From: Candidatus Poriferihabitaceae bacterium
GTDB lineage: Bacteria; Pseudomonadota; Gammaproteobacteria; Arenicellales; Poriferihabitantaceae
Assembly (NCBI GenBank): GCA_965249035.1
Contig: CBDFKV010000005.1
Location: 50,463-114,462 of the forward strand
Length of the DNA stretch: 64,000 nucleotides
Reading direction: 5' to 3'
The notes under the pieces are model-generated. The model did not search any database, was not told where the DNA came from, and worked only from the letters and a program-made list of their open reading frames with translations. This document shows, piece after piece, positions 28,163-38,413 of this stretch (its first letter is position 1; every line of letters starts with the position of its first letter). Position numbers and translations under genes: made by a program.

Positions 28163-28399
28163 TTAATCGTCGTACAAATAGTCCATTTTGAGCATACGTG
28201 TGTGACGTTGCTTAGAAGTCAATTCATGGTTCGGAATTGGCAATCCGTATTCATCTTGATCACTCCAGTCGCTATCGTACTGAGTGCCTCGGTCATCCGC
28301 GTCTTCATCATCCGTCTGAGCGGTAAGCACCACCAAGCCATCCACCACCTTTTCAGCGGCGAATCGCAGGACTTTCAGGGCTGTATCGACTTTGCTCAT
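28163..28399 (-). CDS. Small acidic protein convergent on traG (entry-exclusion candidate)
   Basis: MSKVDTALKV... with Asp-rich C-half; function inferred from position only. Confidence 0.5.
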   Translation of the reverse strand: MSKVDTALKVLRFAAEKVVDGLVVLTAQTDDEDADDRGTQYDSDWSDQDEYGLPIPNHELTSKQRHTRMLKMDYLYDD

Positions 28400-28583
28400 G
28401 GGAAAAGTGTAGCACAGAAATATGAACCAAAGCAAAACCCGGATAAATCATGGTGGGAATACCTAATTACTCCAAGTTTCTATAGATATTGCACGATGAA
28501 TATACGTCCAAATCAGACCAAAAGCGAAAACGCACTCCGAACCGTACTACGTACCCAAATGAACACCCAGGAGGAAATCGATA

Positions 28584-28922
28584 GTGACTACTGAAAGCGC
28601 ACCAAATTGGCATTTTATACGAGAGAAAGAGGCAGGTTTCAGTGCATTTGAATCGCTTGTTCAAGATCCAAGAACACTGGCCTTGTTAACGCTCATCAGC
28701 ACCTATGCTGAAGGGTGCTACGAATTCACCACAATGAACAATATTGAGGGGTCGATGGATGATCAAGGCATTTTAGGACAGCGCATAGACAGGAACAAAG
28801 AAATGGTGACGTGGGAACCCTTTAACACGGTTGCAGAAGTGTTCCAGGAAAAAGGTCTACTTATCTTCGCCACCAGGGATTTGGAGATGATTCTGGATCG
28901 CATTCGCGCACTGACTCAATAA
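28584..28922 (+). CDS. Hypothetical protein
   Basis: GGAGG RBS before GTG start; 112 aa. Confidence 0.65.
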   Translation: MTTESAPNWHFIREKEAGFSAFESLVQDPRTLALLTLISTYAEGCYEFTTMNNIEGSMDDQGILGQRIDRNKEMVTWEPFNTVAEVFQEKGLLIFATRDLEMILDRIRALTQ

Positions 28923-28944
28923 ATTTCATCAGAGGACTACCAAC

Positions 28945-29964
28945 ATGGGAAAGACACCAGAACCCACAATGTTTGTAAATAAAATTATCATGGTATTTGC
29001 GCTGCTGATGTCAGTTAATGCCAACGCATTGGAACTGCTGGATTATCGGCAATATAACCCTGGCAGTTACCAAGGGATAATACCTGTCAGTTTTGATATC
29101 AAGTATAACCAGGCGGTCAGCGTGACAGTAACAGGTGCCGAAACGGTAGTGGACTATAAGTTGGTACAGACTGAACGCGGAGTAAACATCCTTTTGGATG
29201 ACGTTACGACTGCACATGATACGGGCATCAATGTTGATGTCGGGATTGATAATAAATCCAGCCAGCGCTCTTATCTGGTGTATGCAGATGTTGGTCATTT
29301 CTATCAGGCAGGTTTGAAACTCACCCCACCAGTGATACCAATTCAAACTGCGAAGATTGACCCAGCCAAGGATGTTGAAGTAACCCCGACAATTCCAAAA
29401 CCTCCAGCTCAACGGGCCATGCAATATCTCTCAGTGGAAGATCAGCTAAATGCAGAGATTGGCCGCATTAAAAATGAACCACGAACGAAGGCAAATAGTG
29501 CAGCGGTTGAGCAAGAACACAAGAAGATAGTTAACGAGCAAACAACAGAAACGAAAAGCCCCCAATCGAACACCGAGGCCGTAACGGTAGCGAAGCCAAC
29601 AAAAATTAGGACGGTGAAATACCAAACAACGAAAAAAAAGGAATTGCCTGCGGCAACGACCACAATTAGCAAAGAAAACAATCCAGCTAAACCGGTAAAG
29701 CTCGCTCAACCCCTTGTGGTTAAACCGGAAGTAGCCACCGAAAACGAGCAGGAAGTGAAAGCAAAGGTTGCGACAGAAGTCGCGCTACAACAAGCAATAG
29801 GAAAGGCAAATCAAGAATGGCTGGCACTTGAGCAATCAGCGCAGCCACAACCCGAAAAAATATACGCGGACTGGATACCGAAAATCCGTCCGTGGACAGC
29901 AACGATGGTCGAGATATTCGGCCCAGCCCGCGAAACCAACACAACAGAAGGAGTTAACCAATGA
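28945..29964 (+). CDS. Secreted/periplasmic hypothetical protein with Pro/Lys/Thr-rich linker
   Basis: Signal peptide ending ANA; low-complexity middle; RBS AGAGGA. Confidence 0.7.
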   Translation: MGKTPEPTMFVNKIIMVFALLMSVNANALELLDYRQYNPGSYQGIIPVSFDIKYNQAVSVTVTGAETVVDYKLVQTERGVNILLDDVTTAHDTGINVDVGIDNKSSQRSYLVYADVGHFYQAGLKLTPPVIPIQTAKIDPAKDVEVTPTIPKPPAQRAMQYLSVEDQLNAEIGRIKNEPRTKANSAAVEQEHKKIVNEQTTETKSPQSNTEAVTVAKPTKIRTVKYQTTKKKELPAATTTISKENNPAKPVKLAQPLVVKPEVATENEQEVKAKVATEVALQQAIGKANQEWLALEQSAQPQPEKIYADWIPKIRPWTATMVEIFGPARETNTTEGVNQ

Positions 29965-30452
29965 GTAAAGAAAACGCAGCCAACACCCAACCAGCCCCAG
30001 AATTCCAACAACTACCTTTGTTTTTTAGCTGTCTCATGAATGGCAAGGAAAAAACATTTCCAGCCGGTGCGGCAGTGTATTACCCAGAAACAAACGGGTA
30101 CACGCTGATACCAGGGTTAACGCCTCCCGTGGCCGAAAAGACCGACCTTGTAATTCGGCATGACAATAACGGAATGCCAGGACGATCTTTCTTTCTTCGG
30201 TATGTGTTCCATGAATATAACGCGGCAACGAAGCAAGCAGAAGATAAGGTAATGGATCACACAGACATCATTGCCACCTGGGACGAAGCTAACCCTTCGT
30301 TATTACGCCTATCACCGCTTCCGCCGATGCCCATTCCAAGAGTAATGCGCCGCGACGGAAAATTGGAGTGGAGAGTACACCTGATACCCGTCCAACCGAA
30401 GAAGGCAATCAAGACCAGCGTTAAGATTGTGAACAAGCCCAAAAAGGATTAG
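29961..30452 (+). CDS. Hypothetical protein directly upstream of the giant protein gene
   Basis: AGGAG RBS and ATGA overlap. Confidence 0.7.
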   Translation: MSKENAANTQPAPEFQQLPLFFSCLMNGKEKTFPAGAAVYYPETNGYTLIPGLTPPVAEKTDLVIRHDNNGMPGRSFFLRYVFHEYNAATKQAEDKVMDHTDIIATWDEANPSLLRLSPLPPMPIPRVMRRDGKLEWRVHLIPVQPKKAIKTSVKIVNKPKKD

Positions 30453-30456
30453 AAAA

Positions 30457-33400
30457 ATGCCAAACAACCAACTATTAGGAATTACTAAAAAAAGTGGCGA
30501 TTTATCTCTAGTCGCTGAAATATCAATGTTCGATGCCGCCGATGTTGCGCCGGTAGCTGAAGCCACGCCGACGATTCCACCACCGCCCGAACCAACCACT
30601 GAGGAAGTTCAAGCTCCTGAAGAAGAAACAAGCAGCTCAGAATCAGCCGAAGCCGAAGTGCCAGCGTCGGAACCGGATAGTGGCGACGACTCAAGCGCAG
30701 CAACCACTGAAGAAGTGGCTGCAGACGGGGAGCAAGAACCCGAACCAGTGATCCCAACTTCTACAGAACCAGCGGCAACGGCTACTGATGAAGCCGTAGA
30801 AAGTGCTGACAGCGCGGAAGAAGACGCTACCGCCAATGTTGAGGAAACCGTCACCGAAGCTGAAGCCGTCGTAGAAACAGAAGCGGAAGCTACTGAAGAA
30901 GTAGCCGAAGTATTGCCCGTTGATAATTCTGAATCTGAGCAGGGAGGAAGCGACAACACGGAAGAAAAGACGCAGACCGAAACGGACGAAATAAAGAATG
31001 AAGATCAAACCCAGTCACCTGCCTCAGAAGCAGATACGGCGGCGCAAGAAGCGATAGTCGAAGAAAGGCCCACCTTGGCGCACATTCTAACCCCTAGCTT
31101 AGTATCCCAAGAAATTGGGCATTTAGTGCGCCCAGCAAATCCTATATTGATAGGCGACACGACCAATATATTTAATACTGGTGTGTACGGCAGACCAACA
31201 GGAGGAGAGTGGGCCGATATGTTCCCAACATATAGTTCGGTTGGGCTAGAACTTATCGAAGAGGCTCAAGTCGAAACAGCCAGCGCAAGCGAAGCTGTAA
31301 GCATTGTTAACTTTGACGCCTTGAATGATGCAGCCAGTAGCGATGCTCCAATAGCTGGCTTTATTGATGCGGACTTAATGGAAATGCTGGTGGCCCCCGT
31401 GCCATTAAACGCTATTCCACAAACAACCTCTGCCTTACCACTATTAGTTGATGAACAAACTATAGCGGCGCTGGAACCCAATACTGAGAAAGTAGAGCTG
31501 GTGGTTATTAATGACGATGGCCATAGAGACATCACCGAGATAGTCGAGGGTGAGCTGGAAGCGGGGCGAGAAGTTCTGATTATTAAGCCGAATCAAGACG
31601 GGATAGCCGTCATTAATGATTACCTCGACGAAAGCAACAAACAATATGACGCCGTGATTATTTACAGCCACGGGATCAACAATCAAATCATTCTTGGAGA
31701 TTACACGCTCACTAATGAAAATGTAGCAGACAGCGGGATTGATGGCTTTAGCGAACACTTGTCGGCAGGCGCGGACATCATCTTCGCGAGTTGTAACGCT
31801 GCGGAAAGCGATTCAGGCAAGGCTATGATCGACCAAATAGCCGAGCTAACCGGCGCAGATGTAGGCGCGTCAAGCGACTCAACCGGCAACTCTGAAACCG
31901 GCGATTGGGATTTAGAGTACCAGACGGGAGCGCTGGAAACAGACTTTGCTGAAGAAGTAAAGGCGAACTATACCGGCACTGATTTCGATAATGTATTACA
32001 GACGTGGGAGTGGACAGACCCACAAGGGCTAGTACATCAATACAAGTTTATTTTACATACTGGTAGCGATTATCAGTCATGGGCGGCTGCGGAAACCGAC
32101 GCCCATGCGTTTACCAGTGCCGAGTCTTCTGATTGGTATTTAGCAACATTCACCAGCCAAGCCGAGTACGACGCATACCTGGCGCTAATAAACGGCACTA
32201 ACGAAGGCCCAATAGACCAAACGAATTGGGCGGGAGCTTGGTTCGGCGCTGTTAGTGTTGCTGACGGGACAAATAATTACTACTGGGGTGACGACCAATC
32301 ACCTGAATACCTTGATGCAATAGCGAACAACAATCAGAATTGGGATCCGAACGACTCAAGCCCCGCTGGATCAAGCCCAAGCGGGGGCGGTGAAGCCGGT
32401 GGAAACGACTACGGCGCGGTCATATTGAATGACGTTCACAATAGTGGTGGAAGTCCTGCCGACTCTCCCGAACGCGAAGGGTTATGGCATACGGTGCCTC
32501 TCGACGGCTCGCATTCAGACAGCAATCCCAACCCAGGGGTATTCCAATCAGATGCGTACATTATCGAAACAATTTTGGCGGCTGAGCCACCAGTCATTGA
32601 TCCCGACCCCACCACACCTAACAACCTAGAAGGGTGTTTGGCGGTTTGGTACGAAGGTGACGGAGCGATAGCGATTGCCCCAAATATTTCAATCACCGAT
32701 CCAGACAGCACAAATTTCACACAGTTAGCCTTGTCGTTTACTGCTGGATGGGAAAGCACCGACGTTGTATCGTGGAGCGCGGGGGCAGTACCCGCCGGAG
32801 TATCAGTGTCGTTAGCTACCGCAGCGGATGGAACCCCAACAGGACTAACCGTAACCGGATCAGCTAGTGTCGCGGCGTACAACACACTTGCTCAATCCAT
32901 CACATTCGACTCAACAACGCAAGATGCGACAGAAGTAGATCGAGATATCACTTGGATGGTTTTGGACGATACCATAGCGATACTTGGAGGCCCACAAGCG
33001 AGCACAGTTGGAACATCCTCAGTCTGTGTCGATGCAGTGCCAGAACCCCCGGTAATCACGCCACCGACGTATGAGATACCTCCGGTACTGAGTGATCCTG
33101 ACGATCCAAACAGCCCGTTAGTAGGCGGCTGTACTGCGGTTTACACCGAGAATGGTGATCCCGTGCTATTGGCAGCGGATATCAATTTCACTGATATTGA
33201 TTCGGATAATCTGACAATGGCCACCATCGACATGACCGGCGCTTGGGAAGCAACTGACGTAGTTGCATGGGATGCAGCGGTAGTACCCGCAGGTGTGACC
33301 GTAACGCTGGCCACAGCAGCAGACGGTACGCCGACAGGCATTGTGATTGATGGCGAGGCCACCAAGGACGAGTATGTCGCAATCGCCCAAAGCCTTAACT

Positions 33401-36057
33401 ATATGTCCACCTCAGAAAATCCCAGCGAAGAACCTCGTGAGCTGACTTGGGAAATCTGGGATGACACGCCAGACGAGACTAATGCGGCGCATGAAACCTA
33501 TTTAGAGGAAGGCCCGTTGCCTTCTAACATTGTCGTTACCTCAGTCTGTGTTGATGCAGTGCCAGAACCCCCTGTAATCACGCCACCGACGTTTGAGCTT
33601 CCTCCGGTATTAAGTGATCCAAACGACCCGGACAGTCCGCTTGTAGGCGGCTGTACTGCGGTTTACACCGAGAACGGTGATCCCGTATTGCTGGCTGCAG
33701 ATATCAACTTCACCGATATCGATTCGGAAAACCTGACAATGGCCACCATCGACATGACCGGCGCTTGGGAAGCTACTGATGTAGTCGCGTGGGATACAGC
33801 GGTAGTACCTGCAGGGGTGACGGTGACGTTAGCAACAGCAGCGGATGGCACACCGACAGGCATTGTGATTGATGGCGAGGCCACCAAGGCCGAGTATGTC
33901 GCAATCGCCCAAAGCCTTAACTATATGTCCACCTCAGAAAATCCCAGCGAAGAACCTCGTGAGCTTACTTGGGAAATTTGGGACGATACACCGGATCAGG
34001 ATAACTACGCGCATGAAAATGCGCTGGAAGAAGGCCCATTACCTTCTAACATTGTAGTTACCTCAGTCTGTGTCGATGCGGTGCCGGATGCTCCGGTAAT
34101 CACGCCACCGACGTATGAGATTCCTCCGGTGCTGAGTGATCCTGACGATCCAAACAGCCCGTTAGTAGGCGGCTGTACTGCGGTTTACACCGAGAATGGT
34201 GATCCCGTGCTATTGGCAGCGGATATCAATTTCACTGATATTGATTCTGACAATCTAACGATGGCCACCATCGACATGACCGGCGCTTGGGAAGCTACTG
34301 ATGTAGTCGCGTGGGATACAGCGGTAGTACCTGCAGGGGTGACGGTGACGTTAGCAACAGCAGCGGATGGCACACCGACAGGTATCGTTATTGATGGCGA
34401 GGCCACCAAGGCCGAGTACGTGGCCATAGCGCAAAGCCTGAACTATATGTCCACGTCCGAAGAACCAAGCGAAGACCCAAGAGAGTTGACTTGGGAAATC
34501 TGGGACGACACGCCGGTCGAGGACAATTACGCGCATGAGAATGCGCTGGAAGAAGGCCCGTTGCCTTCTAACATTGTCGTTACCTCAGTTTGTGTGGACG
34601 CGGTGCCGGATGCGCCGGTAATCGTGAATGAATATCCACCAGAATTGAATGATCCTGACGACCCATTTCCAACATACCCGAACAATCCAGATTGTCCGTG
34701 TGACGTTATATTTGTAGAGAACGGCGAAGCTGTGTTGCTAATGCCAGCAATTGATTTCAGTGATTTGGATTCGGAATTCTTAACTTCTGCAACCATTGAT
34801 TTTAGTTCTCCATTAACAGAAGATTTCAGCGTCACAGGGGTTCAGGGATGGGAGCCAACAGATATAGTTACATGGGACGCCGCAGTAGTACCTGCAGGAG
34901 TGACCGTAACACTGGCAACGGCTGCGGACGGCACACCGACCGGGATAGTCATTGATGGCGAAGCCACACTAGCTGAATACGAAGCACTCTTTCAATCAAT
35001 TAGTTATGTGACTGAATCTGAGCGGCCAAGTGAGGGTGAGCGCGTGATAACCGTGCAAATCTGGGACGATACCCCGGTTGAGGACAATTACGCCTTCGAG
35101 AACGCACTGGAAGAAGGCCCACTGTCTTCTAATATTATTGTGATTAATCTGTGCGTGGATGCAGTACCAGACGCGCCCGATGTTGAACTAAATCCGAATA
35201 ACCTGCCATGTACTGAAATAGTTACAGGGCAAGGCCATGTCGATATGTTCCCGCAAGCGACGATTACCGATATTGATTCGGACAACCTCACCGCGATGAA
35301 TTTGGAGTTCACAGTCAACAATGGTGATGGTATTCGGTGGGACGATGCGCTGGTGCCGGAAGGCGTTAGCGTCCATGAAGCGTTTGATCCTGACGGTGTT
35401 TACTACGTCTACTTCACAGGCACAGCGCCGGTAGAAGAATACGAGGCATTGCTGCAATCGTTCCAGGTGCAGTCGAACTTTGTCGAAGGTACTCAGAGCC
35501 ACGAAATAGGTGTATCTGTGACCGTATTCGACGACACACCAGTAGAAGAAAACGGCTGCTACGAACAGTTTGGTGAAAATGGTGGAGTTACCTCTGCAGA
35601 GTTAGGGGCTTTAACAGACCATGACACCTTCTGCGCTCATGTTTACACACCGCCACCGCCACCATCTCCTGAACATCCGGCATCGTTCACAATGATTCCG
35701 ATTCCAGAAGAGGAATTATTCTTGCGGCATGTAGAGCCGGAAGAGATTCTGAGAAAGACAGATTATTCAATCCTGGAAGGTGATACCCCGGCGCACATCT
35801 TTATCCATGCGTTAGTCAACGGACAAGATGCAATCCTGAATGCTCAGTATGACGAAAACCATTTTGTGGATCAGCCCTTGCAACGAACATTGACGGATGG
35901 GCAGGCGCTATCAGCCTCTTTGCAAAATAGTATTGACGGGTTAGCCGCATCAGGCGTAAGCCCCGAAGGTATTGCCGAAGGGATGCGGAATGTTGACCCC
36001 GCGATTATCGGAGAACTTGACCAGGCGATGCGCTTAGAACACGCAATAGCTATCTAA
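30457..36057 (+). CDS. Giant acidic surface/adhesin-like protein: LEPRxLL-like N-terminal motif, DUF4347, C-type-lectin-like region, tandem Ig/cadherin-like repeats
   Basis: LVAEISMFDA; IIYSHG..LG..L..ADIIFASCN...IAELTGADVGASSDSTG...GDWDLE (DUF4347); SWAAAE..YLATFTSQAE..AWFG (CTL-like); repeats AVYTENGDPV..DIDS.NLT.ATI. Confidence 0.88.
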   Translation: MPNNQLLGITKKSGDLSLVAEISMFDAADVAPVAEATPTIPPPPEPTTEEVQAPEEETSSSESAEAEVPASEPDSGDDSSAATTEEVAADGEQEPEPVIPTSTEPAATATDEAVESADSAEEDATANVEETVTEAEAVVETEAEATEEVAEVLPVDNSESEQGGSDNTEEKTQTETDEIKNEDQTQSPASEADTAAQEAIVEERPTLAHILTPSLVSQEIGHLVRPANPILIGDTTNIFNTGVYGRPTGGEWADMFPTYSSVGLELIEEAQVETASASEAVSIVNFDALNDAASSDAPIAGFIDADLMEMLVAPVPLNAIPQTTSALPLLVDEQTIAALEPNTEKVELVVINDDGHRDITEIVEGELEAGREVLIIKPNQDGIAVINDYLDESNKQYDAVIIYSHGINNQIILGDYTLTNENVADSGIDGFSEHLSAGADIIFASCNAAESDSGKAMIDQIAELTGADVGASSDSTGNSETGDWDLEYQTGALETDFAEEVKANYTGTDFDNVLQTWEWTDPQGLVHQYKFILHTGSDYQSWAAAETDAHAFTSAESSDWYLATFTSQAEYDAYLALINGTNEGPIDQTNWAGAWFGAVSVADGTNNYYWGDDQSPEYLDAIANNNQNWDPNDSSPAGSSPSGGGEAGGNDYGAVILNDVHNSGGSPADSPEREGLWHTVPLDGSHSDSNPNPGVFQSDAYIIETILAAEPPVIDPDPTTPNNLEGCLAVWYEGDGAIAIAPNISITDPDSTNFTQLALSFTAGWESTDVVSWSAGAVPAGVSVSLATAADGTPTGLTVTGSASVAAYNTLAQSITFDSTTQDATEVDRDITWMVLDDTIAILGGPQASTVGTSSVCVDAVPEPPVITPPTYEIPPVLSDPDDPNSPLVGGCTAVYTENGDPVLLAADINFTDIDSDNLTMATIDMTGAWEATDVVAWDAAVVPAGVTVTLATAADGTPTGIVIDGEATKDEYVAIAQSLNYMSTSENPSEEPRELTWEIWDDTPDETNAAHETYLEEGPLPSNIVVTSVCVDAVPEPPVITPPTFELPPVLSDPNDPDSPLVGGCTAVYTENGDPVLLAADINFTDIDSENLTMATIDMTGAWEATDVVAWDTAVVPAGVTVTLATAADGTPTGIVIDGEATKAEYVAIAQSLNYMSTSENPSEEPRELTWEIWDDTPDQDNYAHENALEEGPLPSNIVVTSVCVDAVPDAPVITPPTYEIPPVLSDPDDPNSPLVGGCTAVYTENGDPVLLAADINFTDIDSDNLTMATIDMTGAWEATDVVAWDTAVVPAGVTVTLATAADGTPTGIVIDGEATKAEYVAIAQSLNYMSTSEEPSEDPRELTWEIWDDTPVEDNYAHENALEEGPLPSNIVVTSVCVDAVPDAPVIVNEYPPELNDPDDPFPTYPNNPDCPCDVIFVENGEAVLLMPAIDFSDLDSEFLTSATIDFSSPLTEDFSVTGVQGWEPTDIVTWDAAVVPAGVTVTLATAADGTPTGIVIDGEATLAEYEALFQSISYVTESERPSEGERVITVQIWDDTPVEDNYAFENALEEGPLSSNIIVINLCVDAVPDAPDVELNPNNLPCTEIVTGQGHVDMFPQATITDIDSDNLTAMNLEFTVNNGDGIRWDDALVPEGVSVHEAFDPDGVYYVYFTGTAPVEEYEALLQSFQVQSNFVEGTQSHEIGVSVTVFDDTPVEENGCYEQFGENGGVTSAELGALTDHDTFCAHVYTPPPPPSPEHPASFTMIPIPEEELFLRHVEPEEILRKTDYSILEGDTPAHIFIHALVNGQDAILNAQYDENHFVDQPLQRTLTDGQALSASLQNSIDGLAASGVSPEGIAEGMRNVDPAIIGELDQAMRLEHAIAI
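33019..34584 (+). repeat. Three near-identical 522-bp (174-aa) intragenic tandem repeats, with degenerate copies on both sides
   Basis: TCAGT(C/T)TGTGT (SVCV) recurs at 33019, 33541, 34063 and 34585. Confidence 0.93.
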
Positions 36058-36099
36058 AACCAGTAAACCAGATTAAATATTTTTAAAGGAGTAAACATT

Positions 36100-37623
36100 A
36101 TGAAAAAGATACTACAACCATTGGCAACACTGTCACTTGCTGGCGCAATAGCTGCAACAACAGCTTGTTCGCCAAGTCTGCAACCAAAAATCAACTCAGA
36201 CGATCTTTATAAAGCAAATAAAGCGAAGTATGAGGAAATTTATAACTCCCTGCCAACCGGCATAATTGTAGACGAGGGAAAGGCGGTGGCCTTGACCTTG
36301 TGGCGCAATCTTGACATCAAAGTGAAAGAAATAGAAAAGCTCGTTGAAGGCTCTCAATCAGCCGAGACTTTCCTAAAACACGCTCCATCTTTGATCTATA
36401 CCCATGATAAGCGTGAGCGTGACAAGCTGGCGCTTTCAACCAGCGAACGCTTGAATGACGATGGCACGGTAGAAGAAATCGATGGTGTAGATACGAATCC
36501 CTCGTATTCCAGCGATCTTGATTCTGAGACCAAAGACTTAACGCTACAAGTCGATTTGCTCAATCTCTGGCAATATTACTATGAATCGAAGATTCATAAG
36601 GCCAATGTAGAAATCCGCGCTCGCAACCGCGACAAAGCGGCACAAAACGTCACAGTGGACGCTATTGAGAATTTCAAGTTGGCACAGATAGCGCAAACAC
36701 TTAAAGCCGACATCGAGCGCTTAACAGCCACTACCACCCGCATTAAAAATGGTAGTTGTTCAGTCATTGGCACTGCAACTGAAGTAAAAGATGCACTATT
36801 ACGTCAATGCAAGGAAATTGTTGGTACGTCCCGCGACCTACCAGGCATTATGAACCAGCTCAATGAGGCCAGAATTAACTTCAATGCGTTGATAACGGCG
36901 CATCCGACTACAGAGATGACGCTAGCGCCGATCAATATGCAATCTATGCCTCAAATCAACAAGGATTTAGATGAATTGGTTGACATTGCTTTGTATAACT
37001 CGACCGAGTTGGAAATTGAGCGATTTAAGTACATTATTGCTAAGAATGAGCAGTACAAAGCATGGACAGACATCTTACCGTCGTTAACGATTGGCGTGTC
37101 TCGCAAAGAAGACGACAACCGATTTTTGGTTAACGATAACTGGGAAGAAGAATTTGCCACCCTGAATTTGAATTTCATTCAAAAGATGGTTAGCGCACCA
37201 TATCGCGCCAGAACAGCCAAGTACAAGGCGCTCGCCGCAGACGATGTTCGTAGCAAGGCTGCAATTGTAACCCTGGCAACCAAAGTAGCTTTGTCAGTTG
37301 ATGCCTACAATACGTCGATTGATAAGTGGGAAAACAGTAATCAACTAGCGTTGATATCAAAAGACGAATTCCATAAGGCCGACGCTAAAAAGCAATCGGG
37401 CAATGGAACAGAATTTGACCAAGCGAATGCTGAAACTCAGATGTTATTCCATCAGCTTCAGTCAATGCTCGACTACGCAAATATGTGGGGAGCTGCAGCA
37501 CGATTGTACGGAGCACTCGGTATGCGAATCATTCCAACCGATCAGCTTTACACAGATTACAGCGTTACCGATCTGGCAAAGGCGTTTAATGAGCAGTTAG
37601 CTTCTTTAGGGATTAAGGGCTAA
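36100..37623 (+). CDS. TolC-family outer-membrane channel (lipoprotein)
   Basis: Lipobox ATTA-C; ALYNSTELE, LPSLTIG; helical repeats; operon context. Confidence 0.85.
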   Translation: MKKILQPLATLSLAGAIAATTACSPSLQPKINSDDLYKANKAKYEEIYNSLPTGIIVDEGKAVALTLWRNLDIKVKEIEKLVEGSQSAETFLKHAPSLIYTHDKRERDKLALSTSERLNDDGTVEEIDGVDTNPSYSSDLDSETKDLTLQVDLLNLWQYYYESKIHKANVEIRARNRDKAAQNVTVDAIENFKLAQIAQTLKADIERLTATTTRIKNGSCSVIGTATEVKDALLRQCKEIVGTSRDLPGIMNQLNEARINFNALITAHPTTEMTLAPINMQSMPQINKDLDELVDIALYNSTELEIERFKYIIAKNEQYKAWTDILPSLTIGVSRKEDDNRFLVNDNWEEEFATLNLNFIQKMVSAPYRARTAKYKALAADDVRSKAAIVTLATKVALSVDAYNTSIDKWENSNQLALISKDEFHKADAKKQSGNGTEFDQANAETQMLFHQLQSMLDYANMWGAAARLYGALGMRIIPTDQLYTDYSVTDLAKAFNEQLASLGIKG

Positions 37624-38399
37624 TGAAGCGTCTAATCGGTTTAGTGATGGCCGTGTGCGCAGCCAGCGCGCACGGTCAAGAGGAGGTAGCCGGACAGTCA
37701 CTAGGCAGCCTATCAGCAATACAACAAACGGTAATGTCCGCGCCAACCAGTGGCGTTATTAACAGAATGGAAATATCGGCTTTATCTACAGCAGTAAAGC
37801 AAGGCGATACAATCGCAAAGCTAGACTGTAGTGTATTGGATGCAGAGCTGCGGGCAGAAAACGCAAAAGCCAGCAAAGCCTCGCACTCAGCAAAACAAGC
37901 GCAGATTGAGTACGATTATGTGACTAAAGACGGCCAGCACATGCCCGCTATCTCAAAAAATGATCTTGCATCAAGCAAAAACGAGTCTTCGGCTGCGTGG
38001 GCAAGCGCAAATGCGAAGAAGGCCGCACTTGCTCAGTGTACGATAAAGGCTCCGTATGATGGAGTAGTAGCCAACATTTACGCCCGTACAGGTCAGTACG
38101 TTAATGCTGGCGATCCAATTGTGGAGCTGGTGGATAACAGTCAGCTAATCGCAGAATTTAGGCCACCGGCATGGACGTGGGATAGGTTCCAAACAGGAGA
38201 ATTAGCGGACATCAACATCTTGCCGGAATCAACGGCTTCACGTAACGCGGTTGTAAAAGTAATTGAACGCGGCGGGTCAATGGACGCCAGCGGGCAATTC
38301 ACAGTTCGAGCCGTCATTCAAGACGGGGCAGACGGTTTAGTAACAGGGATGCCATTCCTGATAAGCCACGAGCAGCAAGAAGTCACGCAAACGCAATAA
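37623..38399 (+). CDS. Membrane-fusion (HlyD/RND adaptor) protein
   Basis: Split lipoyl motifs SAPTSGVI..VKQGDTIAKLDC and CTIKAPYDGVV..GQYVNAGDPIVEL. Confidence 0.9.
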   Translation: MKRLIGLVMAVCAASAHGQEEVAGQSLGSLSAIQQTVMSAPTSGVINRMEISALSTAVKQGDTIAKLDCSVLDAELRAENAKASKASHSAKQAQIEYDYVTKDGQHMPAISKNDLASSKNESSAAWASANAKKAALAQCTIKAPYDGVVANIYARTGQYVNAGDPIVELVDNSQLIAEFRPPAWTWDRFQTGELADINILPESTASRNAVVKVIERGGSMDASGQFTVRAVIQDGADGLVTGMPFLISHEQQEVTQTQ

Positions 38400-38413
38400 C
38401 AGCAAAATAGGGA

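Noticed and set aside
28154-28594. 146-aa plus-strand ORF after traG
   Set aside because: Overlaps the minus-strand acidic ORF and has no recognisable features; cannot be fully excluded.
33141-34427. Repeated minus-strand ORFs (MVASPSIT...)
   Set aside because: Antisense shadows of the 522-bp coding repeats.
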